From Eubacteriales bacterium (GTDB lineage Bacteria > Bacillota > Clostridia > Oscillospirales > CAG-382), in assembly GCA_045652625.1 (NCBI GenBank), contig JAZRUR010000041.1, positions 16,494 to 80,493 of the forward strand: a stretch of 64,000 bases of DNA, given 5' to 3'. The position numbers and the translations under genes are program-made. Shown here piece after piece: positions 47,063 to 56,325 of the stretch. A model generated the notes under the pieces. It was not told the DNA's origin, searched no databases, and saw only the letters and a program-made list of their open reading frames with translations. Position 1 is the stretch's first letter, and each line of letters opens with the position of its first letter.

Positions 47063-48555
47063 ATTGAATATACCTCGGTGAACTTCTTTTCAAGATAATC
47101 AACATAGCAATTCGGGTCAAATTCGCCGCACACCTTTTCGAATAACTCAGTCGGGTCGTACAGACAACCGAATTTCCAAATCTTTTCGCGCAGCCAATTA
47201 TTTATAGCGGTCAATTTGCCGCTCTTTATAGCCACGTCGACATCAAGGTCTTTTTCCATTTCTATAAGAAGTTGTGCCCCATAAGCCGAGCCGAGCGCAT
47301 AAGACGGAAAATAACCAACACTTCCATCAGACCAATGACTGTCTTGAAGAACACCGTTTGTATCATCGGGTACATCTACTCCGAGATACTCTTTATAAAG
47401 ACGGTTCCATTCACTCGGCAGGTCTTTTGCAGTTATTTCGCCCGACATCATGCGTTTTTCAAGTTCATAACGAACCATTACGTGTAACGCATATGTGAGT
47501 TCGTCCGCTTCGGTACGGATAAGCGACGGTTCGGAACGGTTTATCATACGATAAAAACTGTCGCTATCAACACTATTTAACTGTTCAGGAAATTCGTTTT
47601 TAAGGAACGGTAAAATCAGTTCGCAGAAAGGACGGCTTCTGCCGATAATATTCTCATAAAAACGAGATTGACTTTCATGAATAGCCATAGAAACTCCGCC
47701 CTCAAGTGAAGTACGGAACAGTTCGGGCATAGAATTCATATCATATAGCGCATGTCCGCATTCATGGACCACGCTATAAAGCGAACTTGCAAGATTGTCC
47801 TCATGATAGTGAGTAGTTATACGTACATCCTTGCCCGTAAAACTTATTGTAAAAGGATGTTCGGTTTCACCCACGGTAAAATGATTACGGTCTATATCCA
47901 TTACGTCAACAAGATAATCGGTGAATAACTCCTGTTGTGCTTTAGGATAATTCTTTTTCAAAACAGAATCGTCTATTTGCTTTGCCTCACCTACACGTGT
48001 GATAAGCGGAACAAGTTTTGATCTTAACGCGGCAAAAAACTTTTCACATTTTTCTTTTGTCAGACCGCGTTCGTATTTATCCAAACAAACATCATACGGA
48101 TCTTTATCGGGATCGGTATATGATGCAAATTTTTTAAGTGTATCAAAAGTCTTTTGGAGATACGGTTCAAACGAGGCAAAATCGTTATTTTCTTTTGCTT
48201 TATGCCATACAGCCGAAGACTCGGTAAGGTGTATGTTAAAATCCACCATTTCCTGCATAGGTATCTTTCTTGTATTATCGTATTCTCTGTATAGTTCTTG
48301 CACTTTTCGTTTATCAATTTCCGAAAGCGCATCTATATTCGAATTAAGTGTTTCCAACGCTTCGATAAAATCGGGTGCAGTTATTAATTCATAACTCAAA
48401 CGAGAGATTTCGCCAAGCGTAAGTGCGCGGATTTCTACACTTCCGTCGGGAGCGATTGTATCTCCGTCATAATAAAGCATACCTGCCGCATGGTTAAGCG
48501 CAGAATTTGTATTTTCAAACTTTTCTATTTGAAGTAACGCCTCATTGACTGTCAT
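47059..48555 (-). CDS. Carboxypeptidase M32 (thermostable Taq-type metallocarboxypeptidase)
   Basis: The HEXXH zinc site VVHECGHALYD plus HESQSRFYEN and IRTEADELTY blocks. Confidence 0.9.
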   Translation of the reverse strand: MTVNEALLQIEKFENTNSALNHAAGMLYYDGDTIAPDGSVEIRALTLGEISRLSYELITAPDFIEALETLNSNIDALSEIDKRKVQELYREYDNTRKIPMQEMVDFNIHLTESSAVWHKAKENNDFASFEPYLQKTFDTLKKFASYTDPDKDPYDVCLDKYERGLTKEKCEKFFAALRSKLVPLITRVGEAKQIDDSVLKKNYPKAQQELFTDYLVDVMDIDRNHFTVGETEHPFTISFTGKDVRITTHYHEDNLASSLYSVVHECGHALYDMNSMPELFRTSLEGGVSMAIHESQSRFYENIIGRSRPFCELILPFLKNEFPEQLNSVDSDSFYRMINRSEPSLIRTEADELTYALHVMVRYELEKRMMSGEITAKDLPSEWNRLYKEYLGVDVPDDTNGVLQDSHWSDGSVGYFPSYALGSAYGAQLLIEMEKDLDVDVAIKSGKLTAINNWLREKIWKFGCLYDPTELFEKVCGEFDPNCYVDYLEKKFTEVYSI

Positions 48556-48564
48556 AAATTGCTC

Positions 48565-49983
48565 CTAAACTTTGATTTTTTGCCATACTCCGCTAACAAA
48601 GCGGTGCATCGAGAACCATAACCTCATATATTGGTCTATAAGAAGGCTTATCCATGCGCCGAAAAGACCATATCCGAGCGGATAGCATAACACATAAGCG
48701 GTAAGCGGACGTACTAAACCGATAGATATCGCCGATGTCAATGCGACATACTTAGTGTCACCTGCACCTCGCAAAGCACCGTTATATACCACCTGTGATA
48801 TCTGACCGGGCGAAACTAATGCAATAATATACGTAAGTATCCGTCCGTTTTCAATAACATATTTATAATGTTGGTCGCTCGGGTCGGCAAAAAGTTGTAC
48901 CATCCAACCACCGCCAAACACCATTAACACAATTAATATCGCAGATATCACAACACCGATACGTTGCCCTACTTTAGCGTAAAGTGTAGCCATATCGGGA
49001 CGCGATTTACCGAGATTTTGACCGATAAGAGCACTTGCCGCAACGCTCAATCCATCACCACATGCAAAAGATACGGTTGTGATATTCATGGCGATTATAT
49101 GTGTTGCATATTCAGCAGTTCCCAACTCGGCAACAAGTTTCGCGTAGATAAAGAAGCCGATTCGCATAAACAACTGCTCTGTACCTGCACCAAGCGAAAC
49201 TCTACCGATCGTGGAGAGCAAATGTTTTTTCCAAACCAACATTCCTCTAACATTGAATTTTAAATATTTATTTTTACCTACGAGTGAAAATACACTCATG
49301 CCAAATGATGCTATATTACCTATCAGCGTCGCAACGGCCGCGCCAGTAACACCCATTTCGGGGAATATCCATAGACCGTTTATAAGGAAGGCATTAAAAA
49401 TAATATTTGTCACGTTCGCGACAACATTAGTTCGCATTGATATTTTAGTATTACCCGTTGCTCTTTGTGCCGCGTTGATTATCATACCGAACGATGTGAA
49501 CATCAAGCCGAACATCGTTATACGGAAATAAATAAGTGCGTATTCAAGCGTATCCTCGTTTGCACCCGCAAAGTTAAGTAACGGTTCTGCTACCGCAATA
49601 GCAGCACCGCATAGCACAACCGCAAGAACTGTAACAAGCCCTAACGATTGCGACAAGGTAGCATTAGCGCCCTCTTTATCGCCTTGACCTTTACGTCGCG
49701 AAACTATTGTGGTTACGGCAATACTCAATGCAAAGAACACCGCATAAAAAATCATGCGGGGTTGCGTAGTAAGGCCTACGGCTGCAACGGCATCTATGCC
49801 TTGAGTCGAAACCATAATCGAGTCAAAGATATTAACAAGACTCATAAGAATAGATTCGACCATAGCGGGCCAAGCCATTTTAAGGAAACTTTTATATAGC
49901 GAGGATGTATTGGGTAATTCACCGTTAGGCTGAAGTTTACGCGCCATCCCCGCGGTGGTAAAGATATCGGTAAGTTTCATCAT
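48565..49983 (-). CDS. MATE family efflux transporter
   Basis: 472 aa with 12 predicted TM segments. The N-terminal LKMAWPAMVESILMSLVNIFDSIMV is typical of MATE/NorM proteins. Confidence 0.85.
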   Translation of the reverse strand: MMKLTDIFTTAGMARKLQPNGELPNTSSLYKSFLKMAWPAMVESILMSLVNIFDSIMVSTQGIDAVAAVGLTTQPRMIFYAVFFALSIAVTTIVSRRKGQGDKEGANATLSQSLGLVTVLAVVLCGAAIAVAEPLLNFAGANEDTLEYALIYFRITMFGLMFTSFGMIINAAQRATGNTKISMRTNVVANVTNIIFNAFLINGLWIFPEMGVTGAAVATLIGNIASFGMSVFSLVGKNKYLKFNVRGMLVWKKHLLSTIGRVSLGAGTEQLFMRIGFFIYAKLVAELGTAEYATHIIAMNITTVSFACGDGLSVAASALIGQNLGKSRPDMATLYAKVGQRIGVVISAILIVLMVFGGGWMVQLFADPSDQHYKYVIENGRILTYIIALVSPGQISQVVYNGALRGAGDTKYVALTSAISIGLVRPLTAYVLCYPLGYGLFGAWISLLIDQYMRLWFSMHRFVSGVWQKIKV

Positions 49984-51464
49984 GAGTGAAATAGTTTTTT
50001 AGTTTGATACTGCGGTTCGCAGGTTAAATTAATACCAAGTTTTTTTAGTAATTTTTCATCTACTTGAGAGAGCAAGACAGATGAATGCATTTCGCATCCC
50101 GAAAGTTTTTTTAGTTGATCAAGCGCAAGTCGGGCTCTAACGTCAGTTACCGCACAAACCGAAAGTGCGATTAGTATCTCATCGGTATGCAATCTTGGAT
50201 TTTGATTTCCGAGATGTTCTGTCTTAAGCGCTTGAATCGGCTCGATTACTTCCGGTGAAATAAGATATATTTCTTTATCTATTCCCGCAAGTGCTTTTAA
50301 GGCATTTAATAACATAGCACTCGAAGCGCCTAAAAGCGAACTGGTTTTTCCTGTTATTATTCTTCCGTCAGCCAACTCGATAGCGGCGGCAGGACCGTTC
50401 GTTTCCTCAGCACGGTTGTTTGCTGCTATCGTCACCGCCCTATCATCGGGAGATATTCCACATTGACTCATAAGAATTTCTATCTTTTGAACTGTAGATT
50501 CATCTCCAAGACCTTTACGTTGTTGACACTCTGCCTCATAGTAACGCCTAATTATTTCTTGATTTGCCGCATCACGACAAACTACATCATCGCAGATAGC
50601 GTTACCCGCCATATTAACACCCATATCGGTGGGCGATTTATACGGTGATTCGCCGTAAATGCGTTGGAAAATTGCCTTTAATACGGGGAATATTTCAACA
50701 TCACGGTTATAATTTACCGTTTGCAAACCGTATGCTTCCAAATGGAACGGGTCGATACAGTTAAGATCATCAAGATCGGCAGTTGCCGCTTCATACGCTA
50801 TATTAACAGGATGATTAAGTGGGAGATTCCATATCGGGAACGTTTCAAACTTAGCGTATCCCGCCTTAACTCCGCGCATGTGCTCATGATAAAGTTGTGA
50901 CAAACATGTAGCCATTTTGCCGCTTCCGGGACCCGGTGCAGTCATAACAACAAGGCGTCTTGATGTCTTAATAAACTCGTTCCTGCCATATCCTTGTTCG
51001 CTTACTATAAGTTTCACATTAGAAGGATATCCCTCTATAGGATAGTGCTTATATGTAGTAACGCCAAGATTTTCAAGACGTTTTTGGAAAGCAACAACGG
51101 CTGGTTGTGAGTTATATTGAGTCAACACAACACTTCCGACATATAACCCACAAGCACGGAAAGCATCTATAAGACGAAGCACATCTTGGTCGTAGGTGAT
51201 ACCCAAATCACCGCGAACCTTATTCTTCTCGATATCATTACTGCTAATAACAATAATGATCTCCGCCTCGTCTTTCAATTCGGTAAGCATGTCTATCTTT
51301 ATTCCGGGCTTGAATCCGGGAAGTACGCGCGATGCGTGATAATCGTCGAACAGTTTACCGCCGAATTCGAGATAAAGTTTACCGCCGAACTTATCTATCC
51401 TTTCTCGTATATGACGTGTTTGAAGTTCCACGTATTTTTCACAATCAAAACCAATCTTTTTCAT
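49980..51464 (-). CDS. DUF1846 (UPF0371) family protein
   Basis: 494 aa beginning MKKIGFDCEKYVELQTRHIRERI...GGKLYLEFGGKLFDDYHASRVLPGF, which I recognise as the DUF1846 family signature. Confidence 0.75.
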   Translation of the reverse strand: MKKIGFDCEKYVELQTRHIRERIDKFGGKLYLEFGGKLFDDYHASRVLPGFKPGIKIDMLTELKDEAEIIIVISSNDIEKNKVRGDLGITYDQDVLRLIDAFRACGLYVGSVVLTQYNSQPAVVAFQKRLENLGVTTYKHYPIEGYPSNVKLIVSEQGYGRNEFIKTSRRLVVMTAPGPGSGKMATCLSQLYHEHMRGVKAGYAKFETFPIWNLPLNHPVNIAYEAATADLDDLNCIDPFHLEAYGLQTVNYNRDVEIFPVLKAIFQRIYGESPYKSPTDMGVNMAGNAICDDVVCRDAANQEIIRRYYEAECQQRKGLGDESTVQKIEILMSQCGISPDDRAVTIAANNRAEETNGPAAAIELADGRIITGKTSSLLGASSAMLLNALKALAGIDKEIYLISPEVIEPIQALKTEHLGNQNPRLHTDEILIALSVCAVTDVRARLALDQLKKLSGCEMHSSVLLSQVDEKLLKKLGINLTCEPQYQTKKLFHS

Positions 51465-52095
51465 AACAAGACCTCATAAGTGCAGACAGTTCGGGAATTA
51501 CCGCTCTGCCCGTTTTTATCAATGCATCTTCGGACTGATGTCCGCTTGATACAAGTATACAATCCGAACCGATAATCGAAGCAACCTCGCTATCATGAAC
51601 CATGTCGCCAATAAACACGATTCTATTCGGTGATATATTATTTTTTCTTATAAAATTCTCGGTGCGTTCGATTTTACTTCCTGCATAACAGTCATCAGCA
51701 CCAAGAACAGCATCGAAGTATTTATCTATTCCAAAACGTTTTAAATACGGAATTATAGTTTTATTTTGGCCGGAAGAAAATATATACTGCTTAATACCGT
51801 TATCGCGAAACAATTTTAACAAGGTTTCCGCTCCGCACGATAACGGATTTTCGGGCAGGTGTTTAGCACATAAGGAATGAAACTCAACAGACAATCCTTC
51901 CATTGATTCTTTTGAAACGTCCATAACTTTTTCATAAAAACGAATTATGGGAACATCAACATATTCTCTATATTTTTCAAAGGTGATCAACGGTAATTTT
52001 CTGACAGTCAACATATCATTAACCGCACTCCATGCAGCCAATGCATCATCAAACAAAGTTCCGTTCCAATCCCAAAAAACACAATCGTATTTCAT
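51445..52095 (-). CDS. HAD-superfamily hydrolase (phosphoglycolate-phosphatase-like)
   Basis: Motif I is FWDWNGTL (DxN variant), with SSGQ as motif II and the late GDMVHD motif. Its 3' end overlaps the DUF1846 gene start by 20 nt. Confidence 0.75.
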   Translation of the reverse strand: MKYDCVFWDWNGTLFDDALAAWSAVNDMLTVRKLPLITFEKYREYVDVPIIRFYEKVMDVSKESMEGLSVEFHSLCAKHLPENPLSCGAETLLKLFRDNGIKQYIFSSGQNKTIIPYLKRFGIDKYFDAVLGADDCYAGSKIERTENFIRKNNISPNRIVFIGDMVHDSEVASIIGSDCILVSSGHQSEDALIKTGRAVIPELSALMRSCYEKDWF

Positions 52096-52176
52096 AACAA
52101 TACCTCAAGTTATAATAATAACATAACAACACATCTTTTTCAACTATTTTTTCAATATTTTTATCTAATATGAAAT

Positions 52177-52205
52177 AAAAAAACGCCCGTTACGGACGTT
52201 TTTTT
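52177..52205 (-). terminator. Probable rho-independent terminator after the ireB unit
   Basis: AAAAAAACGCCCG-TTA-CGGACGTTTTTTT forms a stem with one mismatch and a 3-nt loop. A T7 tract follows on both strands' reading. Confidence 0.5.
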
Positions 52206-52222
52206 GTTAATATTGGGTTGAA

Positions 52223-52531
52223 TTATTTTTGCTTCAATGCTCTTTCAAGCCAGATCGTACCGATATCGAATGCATCATAGAAATTCTTCTTTTCGCATTG
52301 CTTGATAACTTTATCGTTAAAAGAAATATCTTCATCGGTATCTTGAATCTGAACAAGCACTTTTGTGGCAACTTCGATGTCGCCTACTTTTTTGGCATCC
52401 AGAATATTCATAAAAAGAATGTATTTATCGTCGGGATGACCGTAAAACACAAACCTGCCTTGACGTACAAGAGGTTTGCCTTTGTACATAAGTGTCTTCA
52501 TAATAGGAGAATCAACCTTTCTTCTTGCCAT
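52223..52531 (-). CDS. Hypothetical protein (102 aa)
   Basis: An ORF overlapping the ireB 3' end by 20 nt, with an alternative ATG at 52501. No family recognised. Confidence 0.45.
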   Translation of the reverse strand: MARRKVDSPIMKTLMYKGKPLVRQGRFVFYGHPDDKYILFMNILDAKKVGDIEVATKVLVQIQDTDEDISFNDKVIKQCEKKNFYDAFDIGTIWLERALKQK

Positions 52532-52811
52532 CCGTATTGATGAAATCCTCTACAAGCGTACGGAGTAATTCATCACGGTCAATCTTGGAGATGATAGCAC
52601 GAGAGTTGTTATAATTGGTTATATATGTCGGATCTTCCGAAATTATATATCCAACAATTTGGTTAATCGGATTATATCCTTTTTCAACCAAAGAATCATA
52701 AACATTTTGCAATTTTTCGCGCAAAGCCTCCCTATGCTGTTCCTTAACGGGAAACATCAAGGTTTTTTGTTTATTATCTATCGGTTTTTTATTCTTATCC
52801 TGCATGTTCAA
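52512..52811 (-). CDS. ireB: IreB-family regulatory phosphoprotein (UPF0297/DUF965)
   Basis: The core VYDSLVEKGYNPINQIVGYIISEDPTYITNYNNSRAII is characteristic of IreB/YrzL. Confidence 0.85.
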   Translation of the reverse strand: MNMQDKNKKPIDNKQKTLMFPVKEQHREALREKLQNVYDSLVEKGYNPINQIVGYIISEDPTYITNYNNSRAIISKIDRDELLRTLVEDFINTDGKKKG

Positions 52812-52848
52812 CCCTCCTTGACAGATGTTTCAGATAGCAGTTTTTAAT

Positions 52849-52877
52849 ATTATACACCAAACTTCTGTTCTTTGCAA
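52849..52877 (-). promoter_or_regulatory. Putative sigma-A promoter of ireB
   Basis: The minus strand reads TTGCAA (52877-52872), a 17-nt spacer, then TATAAT (52854-52849), about 35 nt upstream of the AAGGAGGG RBS. Confidence 0.55.
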
Positions 52878-52891
52878 GTATTTTTTAGAAA

Positions 52892-55273
52892 TTACGAACG
52901 AAGTACGATGCCTTGCTCTTTTTCAAGTTTCTTTAAAATCTTCTTTACTCCTGCGTCAGCATCTTCATCGGTAAGAGTTTTATCGGCAAGTCGGAATACC
53001 AAACGTACTGCAACGCTCTTCTTGCCGTCTTCAACACCCTTTCCGCGATACACGTCAAATACGAACGTATCTTCAAGAGATTTACCTGCATAAGAACGAA
53101 TATCAGACAAAAGTTTGCCTACTTCATAGTCCTTGTCGCATATAAGCGCAAGATCTCTTTCCATTGCAGGATATATGGGCAACGGAATATATCCACGTTC
53201 ATTCTTAACCGCGTCCAAAAGTGCCTCGGTAGAAATCATCGCCACGCATACACCCTTAGGAAGATCGTAGTTTTCGCAAACAAGAGGATGCACCTCACCA
53301 AGTCTGCCTATTACATTACCTCCAACCTTAATATCGGCACAGCGACCGGGATGGAACGAAGGATCATCGGCAACAGCAACATACTCGCGCTGACAAATAT
53401 TAAGTCGGATAAACAACGCTTCCGCATCCGCTTTGAGTTCATAAAATCCACCGCAATCAGGTGTGAATGCAAAGCAGAGTGTCTTTTTCTCATTCGAGAG
53501 GTCGCCGTCGCGGAAATAAAGAGTCATTATTTCGGCAACACGGCATTTTTCCACCTTGCGGTTAACGTTCCTCTCCAAAACCTCGAGCATCGAAGGAAGC
53601 GGATGAGTACGCATTACCGAAGTGTCCTCACCAAGCGGATTAATCAAACGGATAAAATCACGCAACTTACTGTCGGCAGGAACGTTGATTTTATCAAGCG
53701 ATTTGGGAGAAACGAAAGAATAAGTACAACTTTCGCAGTATCCAAGACCCGCCATTGCGTCGTTGATACGATATCTAAACGCTTCATGAGGAGTTCTGCC
53801 GCCAAGGTCAGCAGCGCCTCTAAACATGGTCGGTTCGATATTGTCAAAACCGTAAAGACGAACAACTTCCTCCGCAATATCGGCTGTATTAATTATATCA
53901 CTTCTGTAAGGAGGCACAATAAGACCGCCTTTTCCGTCCGCTATGAGTTCGACAGATGCGAGTAATTTGTCCATTTCATCATCGGAAATATTAGTTCCTA
54001 ATAATGCATTTATTCTTGCACGGTCATAAGCAACAACACGCTTTGATATATCAGCGTTATTGATATCAATAACACCTTCTACTACCTCACCGCAACCAAG
54101 AAGATTAACCAATTCTGCCGCACGGTCAACAGCAGGAAGTGTATTGTACGCCGGCAAACCTTTTTCAAACTTTGCCGAACTTTCGGTACGCAAACCTACT
54201 GCTTTAGATGTCTTACGTATGTTTTCACGTGCAAAATTAGCACTTTCAAACACAACAGTAACAGTATTGTCGGTAATTTCGCTGTTTTCACCGCCCATTA
54301 CACCTGCAAGTGCAACCGCACGGCTACCGTCAGCGATAACAAGCATTTCGGGTGTAAGTTTACGGGTAACACCGTCAAGCGTAACAATCTCTTCGCTTTC
54401 GTAAGCGTTACGTACATTAATTTCGCGGCTCTTGATATATTCATAGTCAAAAGCGTGCATAGGCTGACCGTATTCAAGCATAACAAAGTTGGTAATATCA
54501 ACAATGTTATTTATAGGTCTTACACCAGCAGAACGAAGTTTCGCACGAAGCCAAAGCGGAGAAGGACCGATCTTTACGTTCTTTACAACTCTTGCAGTAT
54601 ATCTAGGACATAGTTCTTTGTTTATTACATTGACCTTGATATAATCCGATACCGTTTCACCCGAAACTTCAGCAACTTTAGGTTCAGGCAACGTGGTGTT
54701 CACTCCAAATGTCGCCGCCGCCTCACGCGCTATACCAATATACGAAAGACAATCGGGGCGGTTAAAGGTAAGTTCGAACTCAACAACCGTATCGTTAATT
54801 TTGCAGACATCGCGTATATCATCGCCCAAGTTGCATTCTTCTTCAAGAACAAAAATGCCGTCTTCAATAGCATAAGGAAAATCGTTGATACTCAAACCAA
54901 GTTCGGAAAGTGAGCAAAGCATACCTTGTGATATCACTCCGCGGAGTTTTCCGTTCTTGATTGTTTTACCGCCGGGGAGTTTTGCACCGTCAAGACATAC
55001 GGGCACAACATCACCCGCTTTTATGTTCTGTGCACCGGTGACAATTTGAAGTTTTTCTTCCCTACCGACATCAACTTGACATATAATAAGATGATCGGAA
55101 TCGGGATGCGGTTCAGTTGACATAATTTTGCCAACTACAACATTTTCTATATCGCTGCCGAGAACCTTATAACCTTCTACCTTTGTGCCCGTCATAGTCA
55201 TGGCATCGCAGAAGTGTTTAATATCCTCGGGTATGTTTACATAATCTTTTAACCAATTAAGTGATACTTCCAT
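52892..55273 (-). CDS. pheT: Phenylalanine--tRNA ligase beta subunit
   Basis: 793 aa. It has an N-terminal tRNA-binding domain (VVGKIMSTEPHPDSDHLIICQVDVG), B3/4 and B5 regions and a C-terminal FDX-ACB-like domain. It immediately follows pheS. Confidence 0.97.
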   Translation of the reverse strand: MEVSLNWLKDYVNIPEDIKHFCDAMTMTGTKVEGYKVLGSDIENVVVGKIMSTEPHPDSDHLIICQVDVGREEKLQIVTGAQNIKAGDVVPVCLDGAKLPGGKTIKNGKLRGVISQGMLCSLSELGLSINDFPYAIEDGIFVLEEECNLGDDIRDVCKINDTVVEFELTFNRPDCLSYIGIAREAAATFGVNTTLPEPKVAEVSGETVSDYIKVNVINKELCPRYTARVVKNVKIGPSPLWLRAKLRSAGVRPINNIVDITNFVMLEYGQPMHAFDYEYIKSREINVRNAYESEEIVTLDGVTRKLTPEMLVIADGSRAVALAGVMGGENSEITDNTVTVVFESANFARENIRKTSKAVGLRTESSAKFEKGLPAYNTLPAVDRAAELVNLLGCGEVVEGVIDINNADISKRVVAYDRARINALLGTNISDDEMDKLLASVELIADGKGGLIVPPYRSDIINTADIAEEVVRLYGFDNIEPTMFRGAADLGGRTPHEAFRYRINDAMAGLGYCESCTYSFVSPKSLDKINVPADSKLRDFIRLINPLGEDTSVMRTHPLPSMLEVLERNVNRKVEKCRVAEIMTLYFRDGDLSNEKKTLCFAFTPDCGGFYELKADAEALFIRLNICQREYVAVADDPSFHPGRCADIKVGGNVIGRLGEVHPLVCENYDLPKGVCVAMISTEALLDAVKNERGYIPLPIYPAMERDLALICDKDYEVGKLLSDIRSYAGKSLEDTFVFDVYRGKGVEDGKKSVAVRLVFRLADKTLTDEDADAGVKKILKKLEKEQGIVLRS

Positions 55274-55292
55274 TTACAGTTCCTTCCGTTAT

Positions 55293-56306
55293 TTAAAATT
55301 GTTTAAGAAAACGAGTGTCGTTTTCAAACAAAAGACGAAGGTCATCGATACCCGACATGACCATGGCCACACGTTCTACACCCATACCGAATGCAAACCC
55401 TGTATAAACATCGGGGTCGATACCACCTGCACGAAGAACTTCGGGGTGAACCATACCGGAACCCAATATTTCCATCCAGCCCTCGCCCTTGCACAAACGG
55501 CAACCCTTACCTCCGCAAACGAAGCAGGAAACATCCACTTCGGCAGACGGCTCGGTAAATGGGAAATTGTGCGGACGAAAACGTGTTTTTGTTTCGGGTC
55601 CGAACATAGTTTTTGCGAATTGGGAGAGGATGCCCTTCAAGTCGCCCATTGTTATACCTTTATCCACAACAAGTCCTTCTAATTGATGGAACATAGGCGA
55701 ATGCGAAGCATCTGCAACGTCGCTTCTGTAAACTCTGCCGGGAGAGATTATGCGTATAGGCGGTGTCATACCGCGCATTGCACGTATCTGAACAGGCGAC
55801 GTTTGGGTACGGAGAAGAGTAGATTCTGTGATGTAAAATGTATCCTGAAAATCACGCGAAGGGTGATCGGCAGGTGCATTAAGCGCATCAAAATTGTTGG
55901 TAACAGTTTCTACTTCGGGACCTTCAGCAACCGAAAATCCCATATCGATAAAAATCTCGGTCATACGTTCAAGTGCACGTGTTATGGGATGAATATGACC
56001 AGCGGTAGGAGCAACTGCGTTATAAGTAACGTCTAACTTCTCATCAACAAGACTCTTTGCAAGAGAAAGTTTTTTTAATTCTGCGCCGCGTACTTCCAAC
56101 GCTTCTTCGATACAGTTTCTTACCTCATTGGCAATCGCACCGATAATCGGGCGTTCTTCGGGAGTAAGCGAACCCATACCGCGCAATATAGCGGTTAGTT
56201 CACCCTTTTTGCCGAGGTATTTAATTCTTATTTCCTCAAGCGAGGTTTCTGCAGCGGCAATTTCCGCCACGGCAGTTGTTTTTATAGTTTCAAGTTGTGA
56301 TTTCAT
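55293..56306 (-). CDS. pheS: Phenylalanine--tRNA ligase alpha subunit
   Basis: Class II motifs HPITRA, RTQTSPVQIR, FHQLEGL, FRPHNFPFTEPSAEVD and GFAFGMGVERVAM. Confidence 0.97.
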   Translation of the reverse strand: MKSQLETIKTTAVAEIAAAETSLEEIRIKYLGKKGELTAILRGMGSLTPEERPIIGAIANEVRNCIEEALEVRGAELKKLSLAKSLVDEKLDVTYNAVAPTAGHIHPITRALERMTEIFIDMGFSVAEGPEVETVTNNFDALNAPADHPSRDFQDTFYITESTLLRTQTSPVQIRAMRGMTPPIRIISPGRVYRSDVADASHSPMFHQLEGLVVDKGITMGDLKGILSQFAKTMFGPETKTRFRPHNFPFTEPSAEVDVSCFVCGGKGCRLCKGEGWMEILGSGMVHPEVLRAGGIDPDVYTGFAFGMGVERVAMVMSGIDDLRLLFENDTRFLKQF

Positions 56307-56325
56307 TTATTAATGCCTTTCAATC

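Noticed and set aside
51445-52095. HAD hydrolase motif I reads DWNGT (Asn instead of the second Asp)
   Set aside because: This is a real substitution in the sequence, but DxN/DxT variants occur in the HAD superfamily. I cannot judge its significance without an alignment, so I did not promote it to a finding.
53288-53965. A 225-aa plus-strand ORF inside pheT
   Set aside because: It is antisense to a conserved pheT coding sequence, with no RBS or motif. The same reasoning applies to 19193-19721 opposite tig, 38390-38779 opposite the methyltransferase and 16461-16883 opposite the nucleotidyltransferase/clpX junction.
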